DNA of 64,000 bases from Myxococcota bacterium (GTDB taxonomy: Bacteria; Myxococcota_A; UBA9160; UBA6930). The notes under the pieces are model-generated. The model did no database searches. It worked only from the letters and a program-made list of their open reading frames with translations, and was not told the DNA's origin. The translations under genes were made by a program, and so were the position numbers. Shown here piece by piece: positions 21,082 to 31,355 of the stretch (its first letter is position 1; each line of letters starts with the position of its first letter). The stretch is from contig OZ245002.1 of NCBI GenBank assembly GCA_965223415.1, forward strand, positions 2,784,001 through 2,848,000, written 5' to 3'.

Positions 21082-21354
21082 TCAGCCGCCGTGGCGCCGC
21101 TCGTGGACGATCCAGTTGGCGTTGGCGCCGAGGCAGCCGCTGGCGGTGAACACGGCGACGCAGAACGCCAGGAGTCCGTAGAAGGAGCCGGTCTGCAGGA
21201 GATCCGGGAACTGAGCACCGCGGAACACGTCGACGGCGATGGCGGTAATGACGCCCAGCGGAAGCCCGCGGCCGAGGAGGCCGTAGCGCAGCAGGAAGGG
21301 GGCCCTCCCCTCCTCGCGGACCTTCGCCCACTCCTCGGCGCTGAACGACTTCAC
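21082..21354 (-). CDS. Small hypothetical membrane protein
   Basis: 90 aa, WAKVREEGRAPFLLRYG followed by two TM segments. Confidence 0.55.
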   Translation of the reverse strand: MKSFSAEEWAKVREEGRAPFLLRYGLLGRGLPLGVITAIAVDVFRGAQFPDLLQTGSFYGLLAFCVAVFTASGCLGANANWIVHERRHGG

Positions 21355-21399
21355 GCCGCCCAGGATGGCGCGGCCGCCGCCCGGTGTCATCCTGGCTCG

Positions 21400-22599
21400 G
21401 TGCCCCGGGTCGCCACCTTCTGGTTCCTCTACATGTCGGGCCTGGGGCTGATCTTCCCGTTCCAGGCGCTCTACTTCCGCGAGAACGCCGGCCTCACCGG
21501 CGCCCAGCTCGGCATGGTGCTCGCCATGCGGCCGCTGATGGGCATGCTGTGCCAGCCGCTCTGGGCCCAGCTCGCCGATCGCAGTGGCTCGCGCCGCGGT
21601 GTGCTGGTCGCCATCACCCTCGGCAATGCCATCGCCTACGCCATGCTCCCGCAGGCGGGCTCCTTCCCCGCGCTGCTCCTGGCCATGGCGGCCCTCTCGC
21701 TGTTCGGCACCTCGGTCATGCCGATCGGCAACGCGGTCAGCCTCGCGGCCATCGGCGAGCGCGCCGCCGAGCGCTTCGGGCGCGCCCGGGCCTGCGGCAC
21801 GTTCGGCTTCCTGCTCCTGGTGATCGCCTTCCCCTTCGTGCTGGACCGCTGGCAGCAGCACCGCGGGCTCGTGGCCACGCCGGGCGGTCCTTCGGAGCCC
21901 GGCCTCGAGATCATGTTCTTCGGCGCCGCAGCCCTTACCCTCACCTCGACCCTGGCGGCCCGGCGCCTGCCCCAGACCCGCGCCATGGGAGTCCGCGCCC
22001 GGCGCGGCGACCTGCGCGCGCTGCTCTCCCACGGCCCCTACCTCCGACTCCTCCTCTTCACCTTCCTCGCCTTCCTCGCCCTCCAGGGCCCGATCCTGAT
22101 GTTCCCGGTCTTCGTCCGGGCCCACGGCGGCGACATCGACACCCTCTCGCAGATGTGGATCGCCATGCTGGTCGTAGAGATCCCGCTGGTCTGGGCCTCG
22201 GGCAACATCCTGCGCCGGTTCGGGCCCCGGGCCCTGGTGGCGACGGGTGTGGCCGCGGACGGCCTGCGCTGGCTCCTGTGCTCCACGACCGGCGACCTGC
22301 GCTGGATCTTCGCCCTACAGCTGCTCCACGGCGTGGTCGTCGCCGGGCTCACGATCGGGTCGGCGCTCTACGCCGAGACCGTCGTCCCCGAGCGCCTGCG
22401 GGCCACGGCCCAGGGGGTGCTGGCCATGCTGGGCTACAGCCTGGCCGGGATCCTGGCCAGTGTGGCCTTCGGCGCCGCCATCGACACCTTCGGCCCGGAC
22501 CTGCCCTACCGGGTGAGCGGGCTCCTCGCCCTGGCGCTGGCGGCCTCCGTGCCGTGGCTCCTCCGGGAAGGCGAACGCGTTCGCGAAGCAGGAGATTGA
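21400..22599 (+). CDS. MFS transporter
   Basis: About 12 hydrophobic segments; WAQLADRSG and FGRARACGT motifs. Confidence 0.88.
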   Translation: MPRVATFWFLYMSGLGLIFPFQALYFRENAGLTGAQLGMVLAMRPLMGMLCQPLWAQLADRSGSRRGVLVAITLGNAIAYAMLPQAGSFPALLLAMAALSLFGTSVMPIGNAVSLAAIGERAAERFGRARACGTFGFLLLVIAFPFVLDRWQQHRGLVATPGGPSEPGLEIMFFGAAALTLTSTLAARRLPQTRAMGVRARRGDLRALLSHGPYLRLLLFTFLAFLALQGPILMFPVFVRAHGGDIDTLSQMWIAMLVVEIPLVWASGNILRRFGPRALVATGVAADGLRWLLCSTTGDLRWIFALQLLHGVVVAGLTIGSALYAETVVPERLRATAQGVLAMLGYSLAGILASVAFGAAIDTFGPDLPYRVSGLLALALAASVPWLLREGERVREAGD

Positions 22600-22611
22600 C
22601 CGGGAGTCAGC

Positions 22612-22645
22612 GAATTTGACGAATTGGGTGTAATTCGTACAATTC
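22612..22645 (+). promoter_or_regulatory. Sigma70 promoter (TTGACG-N16-TACAAT) overlapped by a TetR-type palindromic operator
   Basis: gaatttgacgaatt-N6-aattcgtacaattc inverted repeat; ATG lies 6 nt after the -10. Confidence 0.8.
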
Positions 22646-22649
22646 GTGC

Positions 22650-23342
22650 ATGACGCAGCCCGTCACCCAGACAGCCAGCGCAAGGGCAGAGGACAGGGCA
22701 GAAGAAGCCGCCGCGCCGCGGCCCGGCCGCGCGGCGCGCACCCGCCAACGGATCCTCGAGGCCGCCGGCCTGTGCTTCAGCACCGGCGGCTACGCCAAGA
22801 CCACGGTCGAGGCCATCGCCGCCCGCGCGGGCGTGTCGAAGGGCATCGTCTACCACCACTTCCGGGGCAAGGAGGAGATCCTCGAGCGCGTCCTCGAGGC
22901 GACCCTCACCGAGTGGACGAACGTGTCCCGCCTCGACGAGGTGCTGGCCCGGGGCGGCGCCGTGCTCGGCGCCATCGCCGAGGTCCACCGCAAGTCGATG
23001 GCCTTCGCCCGCGAGAACCCGATGGCCCGCTCGCTGCTCCAGGTGGATCACGAGGTCCTGCTGACCGTCGCAGGCAGCCGCCAGGTGCGCGAGTCGATCG
23101 AGCGACACCGCCGCAACCTGGTGGGAGCGCTGCGCCACGGCATCGCCAACGGCGAGCTGCGCCCGGAGATCGATCCCGAGCGCGCGGCCGACATCCTGCA
23201 CGTCCATTCCATGGGGCTGATCGACCAGCTCCTCGACCCGGAAGGGCTCGAGGTGACGGAAGAGCTGGTCGACTGCGGCCTCGACATCCTGTTTCACGGC
23301 ATGGCAGCGCGCCCCCGCCAGGCCGACGGAGCCGAACGATGA
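22650..23342 (+). CDS. TetR/AcrR-family regulator
   Basis: TTVEAIAARAGVSKGIVYHHFRGKE HTH. Confidence 0.93.
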   Translation: MTQPVTQTASARAEDRAEEAAAPRPGRAARTRQRILEAAGLCFSTGGYAKTTVEAIAARAGVSKGIVYHHFRGKEEILERVLEATLTEWTNVSRLDEVLARGGAVLGAIAEVHRKSMAFARENPMARSLLQVDHEVLLTVAGSRQVRESIERHRRNLVGALRHGIANGELRPEIDPERAADILHVHSMGLIDQLLDPEGLEVTEELVDCGLDILFHGMAARPRQADGAER

Positions 23343-24433
23343 ACATGCTGAAGTGGAATCCCATCCTTGCGGCGCTGGGGCTTGCCCTCGCGGCGGCGGC
23401 GCCGGCCGGCGCCGAGGACGGCGAGAAGCGGCGCATCGCCCTCGAGCGGGTGCGGAGCGAGCGGCTGCACGCCTCGATCGCGGCCTCGGGCTCGATCGAG
23501 GCGAGGCGGATCACGGAGGTCGGCTCCGAGGTGAGCGGACGCATCACCCGCGTGTTCGTCGACGTGGGCGAAGTTGTGGAAGAGGGCGACGCGCTCTTCC
23601 AGATCGATCCGGAGCCCTACGAGATGGCGCTCGCGGAGGCCCGGGCGGGCCTGGCCCTGGCACGGGCCGAGAGCGAGAACGCCGCCGCCGAGGCGGAGCG
23701 CATCGCCAAGCTGGTCGAGCTCTCCGCCGCCTCCAAGCAGCGCTTCGACAAGATCGTCACCCAGGCCGAGGTGGCGCGGGCCCGCGTGCGCCAGGGCAGG
23801 GCGGGGCTGGATCGGGCGAAGCGCAACCTCGACCGCACCCTCGTCGTGGCGCCCTACGCGGCCAGCGTCGTGGAGCGGCGCGCCCACGAGGGCAGCATGT
23901 CGAGCGGCGCTCCCATCCTCGTGCTCCAGGAGCGCGGCGCCCTCGAGTTCATCATCGACGTGCCGGAGGCGGCGGCCGCACCGGTGCGCCCGGGCGATGC
24001 GGTCAAGCTCTACCTGGAGGGGCTGCCGGATCCCCTCGAGAGCCAGGTGGACCGGGTGAGCGCACGGGTCGACCCGCAGACGCGCACCTATCAGGTACGC
24101 GGCACCGCCCTCGATCCGTCCGGCGTGGTGAAGGCTGGCTCCTACGTGCGGGCCGAGCTCCAGGCGCGAAGGCCGGAGGCCCGGCCCGTCGCGCATCGGT
24201 CGTCGGTCCTCACCCGCGACGGGCGCACCTTCGTCATGCGCATCGACGGCGGAGTCGTGCGCCAGACTCCGGTGCGTGTCGGAATCCGGGCAGGCGGGGA
24301 CGTCGAGCTGCTCCAGGGCGTCACCGCCGGCGATCTGGTCGTCAGCGGAAGCGACGCAACGCGCATCGCGGAGGGCACGCGCATCCGCCTGCGTGAGCCG
24401 GTGCAGGCCGCCCGGAGCGGAGACGCGCCGTGA
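23339..24433 (+). CDS. RND efflux periplasmic adaptor subunit
   Basis: Signal peptide, lipoyl-like SEVSGRI..V.VGE, coiled coil, VDPQTRT. Confidence 0.9.
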   Translation: MNMLKWNPILAALGLALAAAAPAGAEDGEKRRIALERVRSERLHASIAASGSIEARRITEVGSEVSGRITRVFVDVGEVVEEGDALFQIDPEPYEMALAEARAGLALARAESENAAAEAERIAKLVELSAASKQRFDKIVTQAEVARARVRQGRAGLDRAKRNLDRTLVVAPYAASVVERRAHEGSMSSGAPILVLQERGALEFIIDVPEAAAAPVRPGDAVKLYLEGLPDPLESQVDRVSARVDPQTRTYQVRGTALDPSGVVKAGSYVRAELQARRPEARPVAHRSSVLTRDGRTFVMRIDGGVVRQTPVRVGIRAGGDVELLQGVTAGDLVVSGSDATRIAEGTRIRLREPVQAARSGDAP

Positions 24434-27400
24434 CCCTCTCGGACGTCTCGGTCCGCCGCCCGGTCTTCGCCGCCATGCTCATCCTGGGCCTGGTCGTGAT
24501 CGGCCTGATCTCCATGTCGCGGCTCGAGATGAAGCTCGAGCCCGACATCGACTTCCCCTTCCTCCAGGTGATGACGGAGCTGCGCGGCGCCTCGCCCGAG
24601 ACCGTGGAGCGCGAGGTCACCGACATCATCGAGGAGGCGATCAACTCGATCGAGGGCATCGAGGAGATGGGCTCCACCTCCTCCCAGGGCCTGTCGCGGG
24701 TGTCGGTGCAGTTCGAGCTGGGCTCCGACGTCGACGTGAAGGCCCAGGAGGTGCGGGACAAGGTGGCGCTCGCCCGTGCCAAGCTCCCCCTCGACGTCGA
24801 GGACCCGCTCGTCCAGAAGTGGGACCTGGACGCGATGTCCTTCATGACGATCGTCCTGGGCGGCACCGTCGACATCCGCGAGATCTCGGACATCGCCGAG
24901 CACGAGGTGAAGGAGCGACTGGAGCGCATCGGCGGCGTCGGCTCCGTCGGCATCCAGGGCGCCCGCGAGCGCGAGGTGCGGATCTGGCTCGATCCCCTGC
25001 GGCTCACCGGCTACGGACTCTCGATCGAGGACGTGGCGGACACCCTGCGGCGCGAGAACGCCGAGCTCGCCAGCGGCCGGATCGAGGGCGCGAGCCAGGA
25101 GTGGTCGGTCACCACCCAGGGCAAGGCGCGCAGCATCGAGGAGTTCGGCGAGATCATCGTGGCGGAACGCGCCGGGCGCCTCGTGCACCTGCGCGACGTG
25201 GCAGTGGTCGAAGACGGCATGGCCGAGGCCAAGAGCGTGGCCAAGCTGAACGGCAACCCGGGCGTCGCCATCGAGATCCAGCAGCAGAGCGGCTCGGACC
25301 TGGTCGCCGCCGCCCGCGAGATCCGCAAGGAGATCGAGCTCCTCTCGGGGGAGCTCCCCGCCGGCGTCGAGCTCAAGATCGCGCGGGACTACGCGAAGAT
25401 CGTCGAGGACCAGGTCTACTCCGTGCTCTTCGACATGGTGCTGGCCGCGGCTCTCGTCGTGGTGGTGGTGCTGCTCTTCCTGCGGAACTTCCGCTCCACC
25501 TTCATCTCGGCGCTGGCGATTCCAGCCAGCCTCATCGCGACCTTCACGTTCTTCCTGCTGGCCGGCCTCTCCCTCAACAACATGACCCTGATGGCGCTCT
25601 CGCTGTCCATCGGCCTCGTGATCGACGACGCGATCGTCGTGCTCGAGAGCATCTTCCGGAAGGTCGAAGAAGGCGAGCGGCCCTACGACGCCGCCCTCCA
25701 GGGCTCGCGGGAGGTCGTGCTCGCGGTGGTGTCGACCACCCTGGCGGTGTGCGGCGTCTTCGTGCCCATCTTCTTCATGACCAGCACGATGGGCCGCTAC
25801 TTCTTCGAGTTCGGCGTCACCGTGATCGTCGCCGTTTCGGTCTCCACCGTCGTGGCGTTCACCCTCACCCCGAGCCTCGCGAGCCGCACACTCAGCCGCA
25901 CCACGACGAAGGAAGGCGCCGTATTCCGCTTCCTGGAGACGGGCCTCCGTGGCATGGAGACGGGCTACCGACGCCTGCTCGGGTGGTCGCTCGGCCACCA
26001 GACGCTGATCGTCATCTTCACCTGCCTGGTCGTCGGTGGCGGCTGCGCCGTGATGACCACCGTGCCCTTCAACTACTTCACCCGCGACGACATGGGCGAG
26101 GCCTACGTCCGCATCAAGCTGCCGATCGGCACGCCCCTGCCCGCGACGGAGCGGATCGTCCGGCGCATGGACCAGGCGATCCGCACCCATCCCGAGGTGC
26201 GCGACACGCTGGCCATCTCCGGGGACATCCACAAGCACGAGCCCCACAAGGCCGGCATCCACATCTACCTCTCGAAGAAGCAGGAGCGCGAGACGTCGCT
26301 CGAAGAGCTCTTCGGGGAGCTCCGGGCACTGGCCGCCGAAGCGGCGCCGCGAGTCGAACAGATGAGCGTCGGCTACCCGAACATGATGAGCGGCGGCGAG
26401 TACTCGGAGATCCAGTACGCCATCCAGGGCCCGAACCTCGAGAAGCTGCAGCAGTTCACGGGCGATCTGCTGGAGCGGCTGAAGGGCGACCCGCGCTTCG
26501 TCGACGTGCGCAGCTCCTTCGAGACCGGAAAGCCGCAGATCACCCTCGACGTCGACCGGGGCCGCGCCGCGGACCTCGGCGTGTCTTCCGTGCAGCTCGG
26601 CCGGACGCTCCGGACCCTCCTCGCCGGTGAGAAGGTCGGCTCCTTCGAGGACCGGGGAAACCGCTACGACGTGCGCGTGCAGGTACTCCCGGAGTATCGG
26701 GACGACCCGTCCAAGCTCGACCTGATCCGCGTACGCTCCCTGCGTGGCGAGCTCGTGCCGTTGGCCGGCGCCGCCGACGTGAGCATGGGCGACGGACCCG
26801 TCGAGGTGCTGCGCAGCGCGCGGACCCGCATGATCGAGGTGCGGGCCAACACCGCCGGAGACACCTCGCTCGGCGAGGCCATGGCCGTGGTCGAGGGCTG
26901 GGCGCGGGATCTGGGCATCGAGCGCCCCTACAGGCTGAAGCGCGACGGCCAGGCCGACTCGATGGCCGATGCCATGATCGACGTCGCCTTCGCTCTGGGC
27001 CTGGCGATGCTGGCGATCTACATGATCCTGGCCTCGCTCTTCAACTCCCTGAGCCAGCCGCTCGTGATCATGATGTCGGCGCCCCTCTCCTTCATCGGCG
27101 GCGTCCTGGCACTGAAGGTCGCCGGCCTCTCCTTCGACATCATGAGTGCCATGGGCCTGCTCGTGCTGATGGGCCTGGTGATGAAGAACGGCATCCTGCT
27201 CGTCGACTACACCAACCAGCTTCGCGAGCGGGGCGTGGAGAAACGCGAGGCGATCCTGCGGGCGGGCCCCGTGCGCATGCGCCCGGTGCTGATGACCTCG
27301 ATGGCCTTGATCTGCGGGCTCTTGCCGATGGCGCTCTCGAACGCGACGGGCTCGGAGTTTCGCGCGCCGATGGCGGTGATCGTGATCGGAGGCCTCGCCA

Positions 27401-27543
27401 CGTCGACCCTGCTCACCCTCGTGGTGGTGCCCGTCTTCTACAGCCTGGTCGACGGCGCCACGGTGCGCATGCGCGACTACGTGCGCCGCCTGCGCGGCCG
27501 GCCGGCCCGGGCCGCCGCCTCACCCGTCGCCGGCGGCCGGTAG
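24430..27543 (+). CDS. RND efflux permease (AcrB/CzcA family)
   Basis: 1037 aa; GASPETVE, IDDAIVVLE, KNGILLVD and RMRPVLMT motifs. Confidence 0.95.
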   Translation: MTLSDVSVRRPVFAAMLILGLVVIGLISMSRLEMKLEPDIDFPFLQVMTELRGASPETVEREVTDIIEEAINSIEGIEEMGSTSSQGLSRVSVQFELGSDVDVKAQEVRDKVALARAKLPLDVEDPLVQKWDLDAMSFMTIVLGGTVDIREISDIAEHEVKERLERIGGVGSVGIQGAREREVRIWLDPLRLTGYGLSIEDVADTLRRENAELASGRIEGASQEWSVTTQGKARSIEEFGEIIVAERAGRLVHLRDVAVVEDGMAEAKSVAKLNGNPGVAIEIQQQSGSDLVAAAREIRKEIELLSGELPAGVELKIARDYAKIVEDQVYSVLFDMVLAAALVVVVVLLFLRNFRSTFISALAIPASLIATFTFFLLAGLSLNNMTLMALSLSIGLVIDDAIVVLESIFRKVEEGERPYDAALQGSREVVLAVVSTTLAVCGVFVPIFFMTSTMGRYFFEFGVTVIVAVSVSTVVAFTLTPSLASRTLSRTTTKEGAVFRFLETGLRGMETGYRRLLGWSLGHQTLIVIFTCLVVGGGCAVMTTVPFNYFTRDDMGEAYVRIKLPIGTPLPATERIVRRMDQAIRTHPEVRDTLAISGDIHKHEPHKAGIHIYLSKKQERETSLEELFGELRALAAEAAPRVEQMSVGYPNMMSGGEYSEIQYAIQGPNLEKLQQFTGDLLERLKGDPRFVDVRSSFETGKPQITLDVDRGRAADLGVSSVQLGRTLRTLLAGEKVGSFEDRGNRYDVRVQVLPEYRDDPSKLDLIRVRSLRGELVPLAGAADVSMGDGPVEVLRSARTRMIEVRANTAGDTSLGEAMAVVEGWARDLGIERPYRLKRDGQADSMADAMIDVAFALGLAMLAIYMILASLFNSLSQPLVIMMSAPLSFIGGVLALKVAGLSFDIMSAMGLLVLMGLVMKNGILLVDYTNQLRERGVEKREAILRAGPVRMRPVLMTSMALICGLLPMALSNATGSEFRAPMAVIVIGGLATSTLLTLVVVPVFYSLVDGATVRMRDYVRRLRGRPARAAASPVAGGR

Positions 27544-27545
27544 CC

Positions 27546-28250
27546 GTGGAGAAGCTCGCCTACGTCCTGTGGAAGCGCGGCGACGAGGCCGAAGGCGATT
27601 TCGCCAAGCGCCTGCTCGCCGAGACCGCGCCCGCCCTGCGCGACGCCGGCGCGCGCTTCCTGAAGCTCTCTGTCGTGGACGACGACGTCGCGCCCGGCGC
27701 AACCCTTCGCATCGGCCAGATGGATCCGCCCAAGGCCGGCCTCGCGACCTTCTGGCTCGACCAGGCCCAGGAGCGCACCTCGCTCGAGGGCCTGCTCGAA
27801 CGGGCCTGCGGCCGCGTGGCCGGATACCTGGTCGTCGAGTCGCGGCCCCTCGTGCCGGTCGCGGAGATCGCCTCCGAAGGCGAGCGCACGCCGGGCTTCC
27901 ACCTCGTCACCTGCATCACCCGCAAGCCGGAGCTCGACCACTCGGCCTTCATCGAATTCTGGCACCAGCGCTTTCGCGACGTCGCCATCGAGACCCAGAG
28001 CACCTTCGACTACGTCCGCAACGAGATCGTGCGCCCCCTCACGAAGCAGGCTCCCGCCTGGAGCGCCCTCGTCGAAGAGGGCTTCCCGCTGGGCGCGCTG
28101 ACCGACCCCCACGTCTTCTACGACTCCGGCGGCGACGAAACGAAGCTCCGGGCCAACCAGACGCGCATGGTCGAGCACGTGCAGCAGTTCCTCGACCTGA
28201 CGAAGATCGAGTCGCACCCTATGAGTGAATACGTCCTCGAGCGGATGTAG
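27546..28250 (+). CDS. EthD-domain protein
   Basis: ITRKPELDHSAFIEFW, YVRNEIV and FLD dimeric alpha-beta barrel pattern. Confidence 0.75.
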   Translation: MEKLAYVLWKRGDEAEGDFAKRLLAETAPALRDAGARFLKLSVVDDDVAPGATLRIGQMDPPKAGLATFWLDQAQERTSLEGLLERACGRVAGYLVVESRPLVPVAEIASEGERTPGFHLVTCITRKPELDHSAFIEFWHQRFRDVAIETQSTFDYVRNEIVRPLTKQAPAWSALVEEGFPLGALTDPHVFYDSGGDETKLRANQTRMVEHVQQFLDLTKIESHPMSEYVLERM

Positions 28251-28259
28251 GCTCCGGGC

Positions 28260-29048
28260 GTGACCCGCAGCGAGAGCGTCGTCCGGAACCCCCGCCGCCT
28301 CGGCCCCATGGGCTTCGTCCGCGAGGCCGCCCGGGCGCGGGGCGCGGGGCCGGATCCCGAAACGGTCTTCCGACTCCTGCGCCCCTTCCACGGGCCCGAG
28401 TTCGACGCCATCTACGACCGCGTGATGGCCGACCCGGTCGGTCGGTGGATCCTGCACGAGGGCCGGAGCCTGCACCCCACGCTGCTGGGCTTCGATCGGC
28501 TGCGCGCCCTCCCGCAGGGCAGCCTCGGGCGAGAGTACCTGCGCTTCATGGAGGACAACGACATCGACATCGTGTCCTTCGCCGAGGCGAGCTGGCGGAA
28601 CATGGCGCGCGAGGACTACGCGAACGGCGCGGCCTGGACCCTGGCGAACCGCCTGCGCGACATCCACGAGATCGTCCACGTGGTCTCGGGCTACGGCACC
28701 GACGTGCTCGGCGAGATGTGCGAGCTCGCCTTCAACATCGACGAGGACCCGCGTCCCCGGGCCACCCGCTTCGCGATCCGGGCGAACCTCTCGATGTTCC
28801 GCCGGCTGGGCCACGGACACGCGGACGCCACGATTCGCGAGGCCTTCCAGCGGGGCGCTCGCACGGGCCTCTTCGTCGCCTGCGACTGGGAGGCGATGAT
28901 GGATTGGCCGCTTCTGGACGTGCGGAAGCACCTGAACGTCGCACCGCCGCCGGCCTACCGGCCCGCTCCCGTCCGCGGCGAGGCCGACGTCCCGGGCCTG
29001 ACGGATCTCCTGCGAAGCGTCATCGGCGCCGTGCCCGCCGGCCTCTAG
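28260..29048 (+). CDS. Coq4-family protein
   Basis: LRALPQGSLGREY and RDIHEIVHVVSGYGTDVLGE motifs, then WE..MD.PL..VR..L. Confidence 0.8.
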   Translation: MTRSESVVRNPRRLGPMGFVREAARARGAGPDPETVFRLLRPFHGPEFDAIYDRVMADPVGRWILHEGRSLHPTLLGFDRLRALPQGSLGREYLRFMEDNDIDIVSFAEASWRNMAREDYANGAAWTLANRLRDIHEIVHVVSGYGTDVLGEMCELAFNIDEDPRPRATRFAIRANLSMFRRLGHGHADATIREAFQRGARTGLFVACDWEAMMDWPLLDVRKHLNVAPPPAYRPAPVRGEADVPGLTDLLRSVIGAVPAGL

Positions 29049-30573
29049 CCCTGATCCGGCATTGAGATCACGGATCCGAGCGTAGGTCTGGCGGGCTCAC
29101 GCGGCGAGCGCGGTCTCGGCGGCCCGGATGGTGGAGCGGCTGCGCGAGGACGCGGCGATTCGGAGCGAAGCGCGTCCGGCAGGCCGAGCGATGCGGCCAG
29201 GGAGCTGGATCAGCTCGAAGCGGAGCGTGCGGAGCGAGGGGAAGCGGAGCCGGGCGGTCCGCTTTCGGCCGTTGGGTCGCTCTGGCAGGCCAAGCGTGGC
29301 TTGGAAGTCCCGCACCAGGTTGTGGGTCAGGGCACTGAGCAGCTGCCAGTTGCTGTTGGCGTCCCAGTCCTGGGTCGGGATGGTGGCGAACGCCAGGTGC
29401 TGTTTGAGCTCGGCCAGCGTCTTCTCGTGGCCGCCGCGTCCGGCCATGAAGGCCCAGACGGCGGCCTCGCTGGTCCGCTTGTTCGTCGCGACCATCGAGT
29501 ACTCGTAGTGGCCATCGTCCGGGGTGAAGAGGTCGAGCTGGAAGTTCTTCGCGCTTCGCCCGGAGACCTTCTTGCGGAACACCACGATCCGCTCGCAGCG
29601 CTTCCACTGTGGGATCCGGTGGACGACGGAGAAGGCGTCGACGCTCGCGTTGACGCGGTGCCAACGCTTCCGGGCGGCGATCTTCTCACGCACGCCGAGC
29701 CAGCGCCACATGGGGACCTTGAGGGCGTACTCCACGCGAGAGGCCGTGAGAACCTCGAGAACGGCCTTCTGGAAGAAGGCGCCATCGAGCCGCACCTCGA
29801 TCGGGACCCGATCGAGGCGCCGCTTCGCGTCGCCCAGGAGAAAGGCCAGCTTCTCCGCAGCGCCCACCGCATCGTTCACATTGCCCGGCCGGTTCCATAC
29901 GCCGAGCAGCTGGCTCGTCTGCGCCAGGTGCGCCGTCAGCGGGTAGTAGGACGGGTCCTTCGGGTGATGTGGGTTGAAGCCGCGCTCGGCGCCGTCCACG
30001 TACTCGCCCGTCCGAAGCACGGTGCCGTCCAGCTCGATCGTGGCCCGCTCCAAGCCGAGCCCTGTGTGGGTTCCATAGGCCATGTCCCGCAGCAGTTCGT
30101 TCAGACGATCGCGGTAGCCCGACGTCAGCTCCTTCAGGTTCCTCGCCAGGGTCCGCTCGTCCGGAAGCCGCTGCAATCGGACGAACCGCCGAAACAACGG
30201 ATCCCGATCGAGCACCCGGACATGCGAGAGACGGCTCCCTCCCAGCAGCAGCATCCCCACCACCACCAGCATGCAGCGGAAGGATCCGTAGTCCGAGTCG
30301 AACGCCCGATCCGCAAAGGCCGCTTTCAGGCGCTCTGCCCAAAAGCGGTCGAAGAAGCGCCGGAACAGCTCCAGCCCGCCGTAGCTCGTCAGCGCCTCAT
30401 CCGTGAAGGCGATCGACAATTCGCCCTTGACGCGGGCTCGAATCCGGTGTCTGCTTAGCTTCACGAATGTGGCTCCTCGGAGGCATGATGGTGGTTGGCA
30501 CTTCCATCAAGCACACCGACGGAGCCACTTTCAATTCCGGGCTTTCCCTACACCTCGCAATGCCGGATCAGGG
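29049..30573 (-). mobile_element. IS1380-family insertion sequence, apparently intact (1525 bp)
   Basis: Perfect 16-bp TIRs ccctgatccggcattg (29049-29064) / caatgccggatcaggg (30558-30573); CTAG duplicated at 29045-29048 and 30574-30577. Confidence 0.92.
29097..30464 (-). CDS. IS1380-family DDE transposase
   Basis: LTSYGGL, IELDGT, SYYPL, RPGN, VRLDGAF and RGGHEK..ELK motifs. Confidence 0.92.
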   Translation of the reverse strand: MKLSRHRIRARVKGELSIAFTDEALTSYGGLELFRRFFDRFWAERLKAAFADRAFDSDYGSFRCMLVVVGMLLLGGSRLSHVRVLDRDPLFRRFVRLQRLPDERTLARNLKELTSGYRDRLNELLRDMAYGTHTGLGLERATIELDGTVLRTGEYVDGAERGFNPHHPKDPSYYPLTAHLAQTSQLLGVWNRPGNVNDAVGAAEKLAFLLGDAKRRLDRVPIEVRLDGAFFQKAVLEVLTASRVEYALKVPMWRWLGVREKIAARKRWHRVNASVDAFSVVHRIPQWKRCERIVVFRKKVSGRSAKNFQLDLFTPDDGHYEYSMVATNKRTSEAAVWAFMAGRGGHEKTLAELKQHLAFATIPTQDWDANSNWQLLSALTHNLVRDFQATLGLPERPNGRKRTARLRFPSLRTLRFELIQLPGRIARPAGRASLRIAASSRSRSTIRAAETALAA

Positions 30574-30653
30574 CTAGAGGGCCGCGGGAGAGCCCGGATC
30601 CTGCCGCCGGCTGGCGGCGTGGGATAGGTTCGGGCGCCGGAGGCACAGGGATC

Positions 30654-31319
30654 ATGGTTCGCGCCGTCGTGATCGTCGCCGTCTTCGTCGCCCTGTTGGC
30701 GGCCTCGCTGTTCGGAGCGGCCGGGACCTTCGCCTGGCCCGAGGCGTGGGCCTTCCTGGCCGTGCTCGGCCTGTTCATCGTCGCCGGGTTCCTGCTGATC
30801 GATCCGGACACGCTGCGCGAGCGCGCGGCCCCGGGGCCGGGCACCCAGAGCGCCGATGCCCGATTGGCCAGCCTCGGCGGCCTCTTCCTCTACCCCGGCA
30901 CGATGGTCGTCGCGAGCCTGGATACCGTCCGCTTCGGCTGGTCGCACCCGCTCCCCACCCTGTTCGAGGGCGCGGGGCTGGCCGGATTCGTCCTCGGCTA
31001 CGGCTTCGCCTTCTGGGCCATGCGGGCGAACCCGTTCTTCTCGACCTTCGTGCGCATCCAGGAGGAGCGGAACCACCACGTGGTGAGCGAGGGGCCCTAC
31101 GCCCTCGTGCGTCACCCCGGCTACGCGGGAACGCTCGTCGCCCACGCGCTGCTGCCCCTCGCGCTCGGATCGCTGTGGGCGTTCCTGCCCGCCGGGCTGG
31201 GCATAGCACTCTTCACCGTGCGCACCGCACTCGAGGACCGGACGCTGGCCCGCGAGCTCCTCCGATACGACGAGTACCGCCGCCGGGTACGCTGGAAGCT
31301 GGTGCCGGGGGTCTGGTGA
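30654..31319 (+). CDS. Isoprenylcysteine carboxylmethyltransferase (ICMT/PEMT) family membrane protein
   Basis: NPFFS, GPYALVRHPGY, ED..L and Y..Y...V.WKLVPGVW motifs. Confidence 0.88.
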   Translation: MVRAVVIVAVFVALLAASLFGAAGTFAWPEAWAFLAVLGLFIVAGFLLIDPDTLRERAAPGPGTQSADARLASLGGLFLYPGTMVVASLDTVRFGWSHPLPTLFEGAGLAGFVLGYGFAFWAMRANPFFSTFVRIQEERNHHVVSEGPYALVRHPGYAGTLVAHALLPLALGSLWAFLPAGLGIALFTVRTALEDRTLARELLRYDEYRRRVRWKLVPGVW

Positions 31320-31355
31320 GGATGGAGCGACTCGCCGCCTCCGGCCCGACGTCGC

